Shown in pieces: positions 14,101 through 27,276 of a stretch of DNA of 64,000 bases. Within the stretch, counting starts at the first letter, position 1. The number at the start of each line of letters is the position of its first letter. Source of the stretch: Dimorphilus gyrociliatus (taxonomy: Eukaryota; Animalia; Annelida); NCBI GenBank assembly GCA_904063045.1, contig CAJFCJ010000029.1, positions 531,778 to 595,777 of the forward strand, in the 5' to 3' direction. Both the position numbers and the translations under genes were made by a program. The notes beneath the pieces were generated by a model. It was not told the origin of the DNA, ran no database searches, and worked only from the letters and a program-made list of their open reading frames with translations.

Positions 14101-16063
14101 GTTTATTACGAAATTTCTCTCAAATTTCATTTATTATTCTTGTCATAGAAATTGCAATTCAATTATTCGAATACGAAATGTAATTATATCAAATATATGT
14201 CGACACCCGTTAACATTTTCACATGATGCATAAATTACATCATTCCTTCTAATTGCTTGAAACAATTGAACAGTTTATTATTATTATTATTATTATCATA
14301 ACTGAAATGTCATTACGATTTCTTTTTTTGTTTAAATTTGATCTCTGTCTGACCTTGTCATTTTCCAAGTTAATAAAAAGTTGATAAAATCATTTATAAT
14401 TTGTCCTCTAAAGCGCCTGCAGAGAATTCTCCTATTTAAATTGTAAGTTTGAAAGTTTTATAGAGGGGTTTACGCATTTTGACATTTTACTTCTTGGAAA
14501 TATTTATGACGGAAAATGGGAGGAGAGTGGTATAGTGAAAATGGAGCATATTTGTCCGATACGATCAGGCCGTAAAATGGACGCCCACTAATTTCTCGCT
14601 TTATTCTTTGAGTGCTTTTCCTTCTCTCAATCCCTATTTCAATAATCTTTAAAATTGTTTGTTCGATATTCTAGTCAACGGGACGAATAAATAACAGTTA
14701 CGAATCCTTTAGACCCTTATCACCTTTTTTTTTATTAGCTATCTGACATGTCAGAAGGTTTCTAACAAGATTTAACGTGACATTTAAACATTTTAAAATA
14801 GAATACATTTGATTATAAACTATTTAACTAATAGATTAACAAGTAACTTGCTAGCCTCGAAATGAATAACTTCATTATAACAATAATTATAATAATAAAG
14901 CGAAGGGAAAGGCGTTAGATGGCGTTGCCGTCAAAAGAACTTCCTAGCCGTGGTCTTAACGGTTAAAAGATAAATTACATTGATTTACAAGTAACTGCTA
15001 GAGGGCAAATGCTTAACTTTCGTCATTCTATTCTCCCAATCAAACTTTTATATTCAACGCTTTTACAAGTATTCTGTAAGCGAATAAACATAAAAAACCG
15101 AAACTCTAGTTCTTTAGCATTTCATTTCCTTGTATGACGTCATAAGTATATGTTCAAAATTTCTTCGGGTATCCGCGTTAATGACACGTTAATATTTACG
15201 TATTACAATTGTACCGTAAAAAATTCAGAATAAGCCATTCAATTGCGAATTGTAAATACAATCTTTTCTTTCTAATTAATTAGTAGCCAGAGGCTTTAAA
15301 AAAATAAAATGAATGCAAATAAATAAATATTGAAGTTAAAAAAGTAGAAAAGAGGAAGAAAACTTCATTAATATGTATAATATGTTAATTTAGATAAACA
15401 CGAAAATCAGTAGTGAAAACACATAAATCTTAAAAATAAATAAATAATAATAAAATGATAGTTATCGATTTAATGATAAGCTCGGTGGCAGTTTTTAAGG
15501 AAGGCAAGCGCGTTTACCTGACATTTAAGACACCTGCGGTGAATTAGGTTGGTTCAAAGAGGCGGTATCCTTCAAGGGCTAAAGTATGACGACTTTTAAA
15601 GTAGGAATACCGCTTAAAGCCATCGATAAAGTTGTAGTTTAGAATTGTAAAGTAAAAGAAAAAGAAGGAAAACAATCTCTTTAAAAAATTAAATGATGCT
15701 AATTGCGATACAATGATATTAATCTTAGCAAATAAAAACATTATTCCCACGTTAGTTGAGGCCTAAATTAATAATTAATATTCATAATTGTTTACTAAAG
15801 CATAATTAATTAGATTAATTAGTAATTAATTTATTTATAACAAGTAGAAGAAATAATTAAAGTTTCCTAAAACCCCTGCCACTACCTTCCAACATTATGA
15901 AATGTTTTGCGTCGGTAAGAGACTCTCTAAATTTCAATTATTAAATTCTTTAAGTTCTCTTACTCCTTATTGACACACTTATTTGTAATATATTAATTAT
16001 TATCCGTGCACGCAAGTTAAAGCATCCATAGAATAAAGAAATAAAGAAATAAAGAAACCGTTA

Positions 16064-16102
<39 letters not shown>

Positions 16103-18002
16103 CTTGTTGCCCAGTTTATAAATTTGAAAACATTGAAAATTAACAAAGTTTATAATGTTATAAAACAGTTTGAAGTAACATTTAGAAAACAGTTTGTTAG
16201 ACATTTCTATAGAAAGAAAAACTTGCTTACATTGTTTTCTTGTTTATTTGTTTGTTTATTTATTTATTTAAGTAAGAATCGCGGAGGACGATTTTATCAA
16301 ACTATCCTTATCAATTGTAGTAACATGAAATTTTTCTTTACACTCCAATGTTTTATTTTCTTTTATTTTAAACTACCGAAAGTTCTTAGTTAAGATTTCG
16401 TAATCCGTATTTTAGTGTATAGTGTATATATCTATGTATATTTTAACGCCATTTGATGGTTATAAATACCAAGATAGTAATATAATACTCTTTCTAATTC
16501 ATTTCTGGTGTAATACAAGAAAGTGTACAAAATGCTTTGTTTGTTAACGTACAAACTTACTCTCCATCAACAGATGGTTATGCTTGAAGTACCATTATCT
16601 TTTTTTCTCCTTTTTTATGTTTAATATATTATAATATATTACATTATAAGTAACGCCTTTGTATAGGGTGAAACTTGTACCATTTTTCTTTATCAATTAA
16701 ATTGTAATACCCAATCTTTTCTATCCCCTTAAAAAGTTTACATTTTAGAAAATGTAAAAATTTTTTAAGCCGTATGAGCTTAATGGTGCATCTAATCTAT
16801 CGAATAGGCGCTTAATAAAGGTTAAAAGGTCCTTGAAGCAATTTCGATTGTGTATAATAATAAGTCCTTTAATAAGATAAGTAAACGGGTAATAAAAGGA
16901 GAGGAGTAAAGAGCTATTTTTAAGATTTTGCACAGTTGTAGCCGTTAATAATGTAACAAACTTTAAACGTTTAAAAAAGATTGTGGAAAGGAAACGTTCT
17001 CTCGAAAATAATCTATCGTTTGGTGTCGCTGGAGAGACATCCAACTTTACAAACAAAGTGACAAAATTACGTCTAAGCTACCTTACACCGCTTATAGAAC
17101 GTTAAGACATCGGGTAAACAAAGCCTCTATCGGTTGTATCCACAATCAAACATCTGCCTTGTGGTATTTCGGTGAAGGTTAAGCTTTTAAACAGCCTTTT
17201 ATAAACTTTTACTTGTACTAAAACGACACGCGCTCCCTTCTTTACACACACAACATATACATACACGTTTGAAACGTATATCGAGAAAGTTTTAATACGC
17301 TAACAATAGAAACAAATATTCATAGTAGACTCTATGAAATATCGATAAGATAGAAAGTTTTAAGAAAACGCGACTAATGATTTATTGTTTCAACAACAAA
17401 AACGAACAACTGTGATAATTAAAGTTTACATGTCTAAAGAAAACTTTTACAAACTCCCTTAAGTAGAAAATCTTATCAATTAATACCGTAAATCTGTGCG
17501 TACGCATTACATTTTAACTTTTTCCTACGGGATACGGCGGATGTAGAGGGAAAGTTAAAAACTACAATAATCAAGGCAGAACGTGAAAAATTAGTCGCAT
17601 AGAGGATTGTCCTCGATTCATAGGAGGATTGGAGAACGTCGAATTATACTACTAGTTCAGATAATCCCCCACAAATGATTAACGAGTTAAGATTGGAAAG
17701 GGATTGACATTCGCTCTGGTTTTTGTTATTTGATTACTTATTTGTATAAGAGATTTTCGTTTCTAAAGAATTCAAGCATCTATGTAAATTGCTTCTCTAC
17801 TAATTGTTTTAAATTGCGATTGATATTTCAATATTAAAGAGATAATGTTTATAGTAAAAAAATGAAAACAACTATTTTTGTATTCAATAAACTTTTCAAA
17901 ATGTCAAAAACAATAGAATATATCAAACAATTCAGCACCAAATAAAAAAAACGATTGGAAAAAGTCTTTTATTTTCTGAGAAAATAGCTCTTTAAACAAT
18001 AT

Positions 18003-21000
18003 TTAACTTCTTTTTTCTTCTGGAATTGAACAGGCACCCTGAAATGAGTTTATTTTTATTTATATTGTTTAATTTGTTTAGATTACTATCTTATGTTTTC
18101 TCTTATATTTAGAATTGAATTGAAATCTAGATAATTAACTTACCGTTAAATCGAGCATGCTGCTCGCTAAACCGAATCTTCTGTTAGCCATGGAAGTTAA
18201 TTTACCTATTGCAAAAGATAAGATATTGAGTATGTACAGATAATTATCTCATTAAATTAAAAACCATCCGATTTAACACTCACTGCTTAATGGAGTCCTA
18301 GGAGAAATTGCTTGCGTAACGGACGCCATGGCTTTTTGGAGGCTTTTTGGCGTTCTGGAGAACGAAAATGCCCGGCTTACTCTCCTACTCAAACAGCGGG
18401 CTGCTCTGGAAAGGCTTTTGTTTGAAGACATTGGATATGAGCTAGATTCGAAGAGGTCGCTAGGCACTACATTTTCCTATACAAAAAAAAAGAGTATAAA
18501 TAAACGGTTAGGGTTAAAGAAGCCCGGCGGATAATACCTGCTTAGATAACGCCGTAAGGAGATCTCGCTTAATGGGGCATTGGTCTTCGGCCGTCGCGAA
18601 AGCGTAAACTCTTTCATTCTCATCTTCAGAGCATACGATAGCAAAAGCACCTTTAATTTCATCTCTTTTTACGTCCACTACTCGCTTCACGCTGTTTAGG
18701 CGGATTTCTTTCAAAAATTTATGGGTCGTTCGCCTTTGAGGCGTAGACGGTAGGGCGGCAGGAGATTTTGGCATATGGCGTTTCTTCTTTCCGATTACCA
18801 GACTATCATCAAATAGAAAAAGAGTTACAGCTTGCATCGAAGCGCTTTCTTCCGTTAAACCAAAAGCGTTAGCTTGGCACAGGAAATGTCGAGAGGAACT
18901 TAGAAGAGTTGGCGGAAGGCCGTCTATCCTTTCATTCAATTCGAATAATTTGATTTGTTCGTCGGCCATCCTTTTACCTTCATTCAATTTGCAAGTAACT
19001 TGTCGAAGTTGTCGTAGAGCATTTTGTAATTGCTTGTAATCCGCGTGCGAACGGTTCGTCTTCGAAAGTAAATTCTCCAATAAAAGTTCCATACTAGGTA
19101 ACTTCTGCACAGGTCTAATAACCAATTCAGCTAAACTTTCCCTTGTCCCATCTAAGCGGAATTTCAATTTTTTTTCGTATTCTTTAAAACGCTCATTTTC
19201 CGAATCGCATTCGGCAATCCTTCGGGCAATTCTATCTTGATATTTAACGTAGGGTGGATAGACCTTTTCCAATCTTGCAATCTGTTAAAGAAAAAAGATA
19301 GATTGTTATTTAAGTTATTTCTTTATATTAAATCTTTTAACGTGTTTTTAATTAAATTATAAATAATTGTAATAATTAAAAAAATTACTCACATTCTTTT
19401 GAATGATATTTCCAATTAAACAAGAATCTTGCCAATTGTTCACATGATAGTTCAATTGTTTTAAAATTTGACAGTGAGTATCGTAAATTTCTTGTAGAGA
19501 ACCGAAAATATCCCGAATGTCATGCTGAGTTAAGATAGCACCACCTGGTTGGTTCGAGCATTCCAATTCATTTTTCACCTGCGCAAAAAAAAGTTCATTA
19601 TGCAAACAGAATTTAAATTACGGCAATGGTAAAGCGTACTTACTTTAATCATAAAAGCTAAAACTTTGGCGTAATTACGTTCTTTCTGTAGCATTTCCAC
19701 AACTACCTTCTGACGTGCCGACATCTCCCTACAGATATCCGGTACGTTAACAGCTGGAATACGGACGGGGCTTTGTTGGCTTTCCGAGAACAATGGTGGC
19801 AAATTTTCTTTATTAAATAGGCGTTTTCTTTTTGTCGATCGTTTTGTAACCGGTTTGGTTGGAGTTACAAATATCGGATCGTTTTGCATCTTAGTTACGG
19901 TTGATTCCTTGTCACCTGTTAAACAATTATGTCACGATTAGACGTTTGCCTTTAAAGATTTGGCAGTTTAATTTGACGCCGAATTACGCTAGTAGTTTGC
20001 TTCCTTTTTTTTGAGTAAATCTCTTATAGAAGCATTCTCTAGTTACAGACGGTACGTAATAATTATTGCGTTTGGTTGCATAATATGAAAAGTGTAAAAA
20101 ATCTCGAGAATACCGTCGAGATTCACTCAATCATCCTTCGATGGACAAATGTTACGGCAATTTACGCACTAGTACCACGTTTTTTAAGACATGTTTTAAA
20201 ATAGATTAGAAATTTTTCAGCCAAGTGGCCATATATATCTCGAATTAGTATTTTCTTTAACTATGCACCAAACAATGAGAAAGTAAACTTTCCCATAATT
20301 CACCTGCAACACACGTCGTAAGATCAGGTGACGTCACCGAACGTGTATTATTAACGAGGCGTGACGTCAAAGCTAGAGAGTTTTCATTCTTTTGTTCGTT
20401 TTATATCAAATTTCGTAAACAAGTGTTGGAAAAAAACAAAAAGGTTAAGAAAAAAGGGAAAAAACCAAAAAGCTCTGCCACCCTCCGATCGTCGAACTCG
20501 TTTGGCAAATAAATAAAACAAATAAGCCTAACTGCTCCTATTAATTAACGCCAAATAAACTAGCTCTGGCGCCGGTCGTTTACGCCGAACTACTGAACTC
20601 AGTCTGGTTGTATGATTTATTAGTCAAGCTGAAGTTTTTCGTTTTTTTTATCTCTTATCTAGCCAGCTTTTCGCACTTCGTCAAGATCATTAGTCGTACA
20701 AATTTCACGTAAAAACGAACTAATCTAATGTCTGGTTTATCCCATTCCTAAGCCGGTTTAAGACAAATACCACAGGGAATATACCCTGACGAGGAGGAGA
20801 GGATGTATTGAGTAAACAAATAAGGGTACACACCCTTTTCTATATACACACAAACTAAATTCTATACCTAGAGGATTATTAGGCAAGAGATAGGAGACAT
20901 ATATAGTATATACTGTATATCTACAAATATATATATATTATACTTATATACTTATATAGGTAGTCAAAGAGAAAGAGAGAGAGAGGAAAAGAGCAGTAAA

Positions 21001-21673
21001 AAAGTCGTTGAGTGCAGGTGGCCTCGGATTATAGATGTTTGCCCGGTTACGCATAAAACGTATATGTACTCTCTCTTTTACGTCCACTCGACACGTTCGT
21101 TGCATTTTCGGCCGTTCGCAAATGATTGATTACGCAAAAAGAAAAAAGGGTTTTACGGCCTTTACTTAGGCCTATTAGAGACTAATTAGACCCCGAGCGA
21201 TTGGGGCAGTCGAAAACAACGGACACGTTTAAGAACGAACGAGGTGTTTAATAACGTCGAGTGCCTTTCATGTAGCCGGCGTTATCTGATCTCAAGACTT
21301 AAAAGTTTCGCTGTTACGTCACGATTTTAACTAGATGGTTGCACGTGGCCTCAGAGACAATTTGTTAAAAGTATTTGAAAAGCAGATAACAAAATTCTAC
21401 TAATCGTTTAGCATTGAAATAAATCTACATACTAATACGTAGAATGATGAAAGATATATATCTCTTACCTTCAATGTTATCAACCATCCGCAATGATGTG
21501 AAAGATCTGGATACTCTCCTTAACTTATTTGGTGGTTCTACTTCATCTTCTGGCCAAAGCCATCCTGTCCATAAATCGTCGAATGTCCTATCAATAGACT
21601 TGCGAGAACAATCACTGTCTTGGCGGAGTCCTGAACGGCTCTCTTCCATAGTTTTCTTTTGAGTGTTTTCCAT
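18003..21673 (-). CDS. ECT2: ECT2/Pebble-like RhoGEF (DH-PH), about 565 aa, 7 exons: complement(join(18003..18038,18144..18205,18284..18476,18538..19281,19393..19578,19644..19915,21469..21673))
   Basis: DH start RQKVVVEMLQKERNY. ECT2-type DH core ESLAELVIRPVQKLPSMELLL. DH-PH linker IDGLPPTLLSSSRHF. ECT2 C-terminal motif RRVSRAFSFSRTPK. All six GT-AG junctions keep the frame (1698 nt). Exon 1 (21469-21673) is the least certain. Confidence 0.8.
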
Positions 21674-21774
21674 TTCGTCTGAGTTTAGGCAACGTTTTCA
21701 CCGAGTGGACGTGGCGCCTTCAATGAATGGTGAAACAACTTCTAACTCATTAATATTCACTGGCCCCTAACCGC

Positions 21775-21860
21775 CCTTCAGCCAATCAGCGCCGAGTACG
21801 ATCCGCCTATCAGCGGGGTGACGCGGGCGTTGAGTGTTGGTTGGCGCGATTGTGCGAAAA
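21775..21860. promoter_or_regulatory. GC-richer promoter-like island upstream of the ECT2-like gene
   Basis: Local GC rise with CCAAT at 21782 and an E2F-like TTGGCGCG at 21841, about 110-180 bp upstream of the predicted ATG. Based on motif resemblance only. Confidence 0.35.
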
Positions 21861-24800
21861 ACTTATTTGTTTACTGTAAGAAAAAACTGTCGACGTTTTA
21901 TATCGATTTAACTCTACGTTGGGGTAGAAATTTTTTTTTAACCATTAGTTAACAATAACTGAAGAAAATTAATGCCAGTATGGTATGGGAGGAAAGGGAA
22001 AATGAGAAAAACATCTGCGTCAGTCCCGAAATACGGTGCCACCCGTGACGCGAGACAAATTAAGTAAACTGATTTTTTTGTCTAATTGTAATTACTGAGT
22101 CTCTTGGTAATTTTGAATAAAGGTAATAAAGCCAAATGGTAATTTGTGACTTGACTTTGTGAACAACTTTATATTATTCTGAGAAAAACAAAATGATATT
22201 TCAGTTCTCATGGTATTACTCTGCTAAATGTATAGGAGAATAACATAGCTATTATGGTTCAATGATATGCAAACGATGTTGTAAAATACGCATTTAAAAA
22301 ATCTTTTCCCTTATGCTTTAACTTTAATTTCACTCCTTTTTTCTTTTTATTAAATATAAGAATATTGTTTAGAATAAGGCATTTCATTCTATTTTATTCT
22401 CCTCTTTCTTTTTTAATTATTATAAAAAGTTTTATTACAATATTGTTTCCCATGTTTTATTGTTTTGCAACTTCTCTATTATATTCTAGACCCTTTTATT
22501 TCAGTTATGACCTCTCGTCATGAGCATTTCGATAGCAAAGAAGTGCTAATACTCATACTGCGATAGGCTCCTTAAAGGTATCTAATTAGGGTTGTAATTC
22601 CATGGGTATGTCCATCTGCTATAGGGACATTCGATATCTTCGTTTTATTTTATTGCATAACAAACGAACTCCTGTCACGCGAGTATGGTAGGCCTATTAT
22701 TTACCGATTCGACAAAGTGAGAGTGACATGTAGGATTAGTTAAACAGCCCGGTGGAGAAGTGCTAGAGCGGGGCGCCACGGAAAGGAAGATAGGTTAACC
22801 GAACATTCAACCCTAAAGACCCTTCGACGGCAGTACTGCCATCTGTAGATTCAACTTGTTGCTGACCCGGCTAGGGGCGATACACTTGGGACAGCCGGCA
22901 GTTAAAAAGACATTTCGAAAGCTTGACCGCATGCGGCGTTGATTTTTAGAACGGCATACTCGATTGTAGTTCAAAAAAAAGAAAATAAAACCCTCCTTAC
23001 TGGACGCTTTGAGACCCTCGGAAATACCTAATTCTATATAAATATATCAAGTAATACCTAGCCCACAAGCTTTATAGTATATTTCTTAATAAATTATTTA
23101 TATGTACATATTTTTTAGCCCTACTTAGCAACCACGATACGTAATGGTCTAATATATCACCCTGCTTTAGAATAATTTCACCCGTTAAAGAGATTAACAC
23201 CTTTCCATATTTTATTTGGTAGGATTAAAAGACCATTTTTTCCCGTTTAGGTGAAAAGTAAACAAGGAAACGCCAGAGATTGTTAAATTTAGTTTTAGGA
23301 AACGTATGCTAATTTTTGCATTTGTATAAAAATCGTGCACAATTAAGACCTTTCTATCTCTGTTTTTGTAATTTACCTACTATTATTTACTCGTAATTAT
23401 AAACAAATAGCCAAGGTTAAAAGGGTCAGATAAATTTTCAAGTACGCCGTATGTCAGATTTGCGTGAAGATTAGTCATAAATTATAACAATTCAATTTTC
23501 TTGAAAAGAACGGATTTTCGGTTGAATAAATTTGAAATTATGACCATAAAACGGGAGAAGATGTTGAAAAGACTAACTCCGGCTGTTTACGCCCTAAAAT
23601 TGATACACGGAAAAGCTTTAATAGATAAAAATATAAAAGACCGACAGTGTAATTGATGCTCAATTCAAACATTAAGTTATAAAAAGGAAAGTCAATAGAC
23701 ACATTAAATTGTCTTTTTGTCGAAAAAGTATCATTTTTTGTTTAATTTTTTTTCTTTAAAAAAAAAACAGGTAAAATAAAAAGAGTAAAAGTTAAATGTA
23801 CTTTTAAAAACGGAATCACGGAACCGTTAAAAGTAACGCTTTTCATAAGTAAAAGTCTTGTTTTTATCGTTTCTTTTCAACCCCTTTTTCCTATTATAAT
23901 TGTATAATAAAGGAAATTTTTTGCTTTTTACTATACCTAATTAGTTGACCCCCTATATACATTTAGGGCTTATTAAATATATTGGCCTATGGTATAAAAC
24001 TCTAATGAAGTAGTGATAAAATTTAGATGTATTTTAATATACCGTTTAATTGTTAAAGAAAAACGCGGATATTGGTTATAAAGCGCTATAGTAGGTTTAG
24101 TACACTGTACTTGATATTTATTAGCCATTTATACGCCGCTTATACAGTTTCTAAGTAGACTTGATGTACTGGAAACTATTAAAATGTACGAGAGCAAAAC
24201 GTCTTTGAACGAAACGTTTTAGTTGGTTTGATGCGTTCGAATTTATTAAGCGTAAAACTGTTTACATGCGCGTTTGACGTAGGTCAATGGAACGGTCACT
24301 TTCTTTATCATTAAATACTATTGGGATAAAAAAATCCCTATTATTAATTATCTATCTATCTATGTGTTTTCAATAACGTATTTTTCATTAAAATACTACT
24401 TTGTATACCTTTTCACGGCATAGTGTATTGTATAATTATCTCTTTCCCATCATTTACATAATTTACCACTGTAACTAATTTCTCTTGTAATTGATTTGAA
24501 ATTTACTAAATGTTAATATTATCTATAAGAAAGGAAAATTACTTTAAATATAAAAGAAACTATAATTTATGTTATTGTAAAATATAGGCAACAGGTGTTA
24601 CTGTTCATTTAAAGTGTGATTCGAAATCTATAATTAAATTAGGCTTTCTAAATGAAAAAAATTGTTCTCTGTTGTTGACTGAGATTATGTAGTCACACCC
24701 AGACTTATCCTTATTTGCGTAAGCTTAAAACAACAGGTGTATCACAGACATTAGACTTTTAAATTGCGTTCAATCAATGTGATATCTGTTGTTTTTGTAT

Positions 24801-26689
24801 TTCACTTTTTTTTCAGACTCTTCCTCTACAAAACAGGATGTGTTTAGTCAAATTGATAAATTCTCCTATTTCCTCGATGTCACTATTTAACGCCGGAAAT
24901 TTAACCAACTTTTCGATGAGGAATCGCAAAGAAGCCAAACAAGATTTACCAATGACACCAAACTATTTTATCTTATTAGGACAAGCCTTCAATAGATAAT
25001 AATCACGGACGACGCCAGATAATTTTTATATGACATCGCAACATCCAAGATTTTATAGACCCATTAGTGTGATAAGAAAGTTTATCAAGACCGTAGGGAG
25101 GAAGTGTCCTTATGAAACATAGGGCGTGTGTAAGACAGTGGCACCTACCGGTGCATTGAACGTGTGCTGTATTAAAATACTATAGAGTTGGACAAATACA
25201 ATAATTTATTATGGAATATTAAAAGTAAGAAATTCATTTGTTATTATGTTATCAATTCCTCCAATAGTTTAATTACATTAACATGTCTATGTAAAAACTA
25301 ATGTTAATAAAAGTTTTTCAAGCGTAAACTTATTAAAACCTGAAGAGTTTTGTTACATTTACTTATCACTAGATCTATCACTTATTTTCCAATTTATAAA
25401 ATGGTAAGAGTAAAGAATTACAAGTTGTAAACTTTTACAGAGGAAATAGTGATTATACATATCTTACGAAACAGTTAAAAATCTCTTCAGTTGCTCTACT
25501 TAATCAGATTTACATATTTTGAACTATACATATGTAATTTTTGTTATATTAATAAAAAGATTCCTCTCAATGTTAACTTTAATCATTAAACAATCAAAGA
25601 AATTTCCCTCAAAGTTAAAATGACCAACAATTATTATTCTTCAAACGATGTTTGAAAGAATAAAACAAATTTAATGGGAATTCTTATGACTTGTATATCA
25701 AGATTTTCAATTAAAAAGTTAAAAAAAAAGCAAAATTGTAAGATAAGGATATTCTTTGAAATAAAGCATTCTTCTGTAACAGAACTCTGTGAGTAAAATT
25801 GTTAATTTTTTCATTTTTTCCATTGAGATACGTCAATCTCTTCAAGCTTTGAAAGTCAAGACAAAAATTAAGTAATTAAGTCTACGACGCTTTCTTACTA
25901 TTAACATAATGAATACTTAGTAATGTTTCAATTATCGTTAATCAAGATAACAGAACGATGAGAAGAGGTCTTAAACAATAATAATGCGCCATCTAACGTG
26001 CATAGACAGAGCAAGCCGTTTCCTACACTGTATAGACATAGCTGCCCGCTATCTAACGTGTATCGAAACAGCTGAACGCCACTATTCTACTGTTCAATTT
26101 CTCATCCGTTAAAAATCATTAACAAAAAGAGCAACAGATCTCACAATATTCGATTATGTCTTAGAATTAGGATAAACTTCTAAAAATTACATTAAGAACA
26201 TATAAATTTATTATTCGAAATAAAGACATGGTTCAACAAATTAAGAAAACCAATATTAAGACTACTAAAAGCAATGACAGAGTTTAAAAAATGATTTTAA
26301 AAAAACGTTCAGGAATAAGAAATTTCTATAAAAAACTGTATTACGCTAGATTGAAAATCCAAGAAGCCATTCTCGACATTTTCAATAGTAACATAAAAAA
26401 CAACTCCCACTTGTATACAGTAATACCGGTAAAAAAAACAACAGCAATAATAACATACTACACTTGGATTTATAAAAAAAAACCGAATAATTTCAATACA
26501 TTAAAAAGTTTATGGAAGTTAAAACTTAAAATTATATAATATATAGGCTAAGTATCTTTTCTATTTCCCTAGATTTAAAAAAATATAAAGACACGGCGAA
26601 AAGAAATTAAAGAGCGCCAAGAGACAATAAAATTAATATCCGTTTTCAACTCAAAAACTCATAATCAAAAAATAATGTCCGCTTAAAAA

Positions 26690-26814
26690 CGCCATCTATC
26701 ATATAAAAAACGACTGAAAAATTGGAAAGATACGCCATCTACAGACATAAGCATCCGTTAAAAATGCCATCATACGCCATCTACAAATTGCTGAATTTGC
26801 AAAAAACGCCGTCT
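26690..26814 (+). promoter_or_regulatory. Cluster of CGCCATCT (YY1/Pho-like) motifs upstream of U2, putative distal element
   Basis: CGCCATCT at 26690, 26733 and 26775, plus variants at 26765 and 26807, i.e. -400 to -276 from the U2 start. The cluster recurs upstream of the other U2 units (about 28570-28695, 39040-39165, inverted about 50195-50320). Confidence 0.45.
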
Positions 26815-27089
26815 ACCGTTTGTAAAAGAAAACTTCAAAGTGCTACCAAATTAAAAAAAAAAAGCCGTTAATAACCTATTCTCAATAATCTAGTCGCTCT
26901 AATATTTTTGAATTAGCATTGAAAAAATATTTCACAAGAATTCTTAATCAATATGAAGTGGAAACCGCTCCATGCGTTTATGAAAATAAGATATTACTAC
27001 AAAAAGGTTCTAAATTTCGAATCGCAGGGACAAAAAGTAACGGAAATAGGCTCGAAACGCATAAAAAAACTGATGAAACGATGGATGTT

Positions 27090-27276
27090 ATCGCTTCTCG
27101 GCCTTTTGGCTAAGATCAAAGTGTAGTATCTGTTCTAGTTAGTTTAACCGCTAACTGATAACACACTGTGTTATCTAATATGGTTAACAGTATTTTTGTC
27201 TTCAGAGAAAGCATTAAGCTTGCTTAAGTTTTCTCACGGGTTGACTTGGTATAGCAGTACCTCCAAGTTTGGCCCA
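27090..27276 (+). ncRNA. U2: U2 snRNA gene, uninterrupted host type (U2-A)
   Basis: Begins ATCGCTTCTCGGCCTTTTGGCTAAGATCAAAGTGTAGTATCTGTTCT. Stem IIa AGTTAG/CTAACT, stem IIb GATAACAC/GTGTTATC, Sm site ATTTTTG (27192), stem III with a CTTG loop, stem-loop IV with GCAGTAC. Confidence 0.97.

Noticed and set aside
24838-24999. 53-codon plus-strand ORF following a polypyrimidine-CAG acceptor at about 24816
   Set aside because: No recognisable similarity and no convincing partner exons. It may be a UTR exon or chance.
26919-27113. Repeated 64-aa ORF MKKYFTRILNQ... (also 28796, 49895, 63712)
   Set aside because: It overlaps the U2 promoter and 5' end and is repeated only because the unit is repeated. 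No coding evidence.
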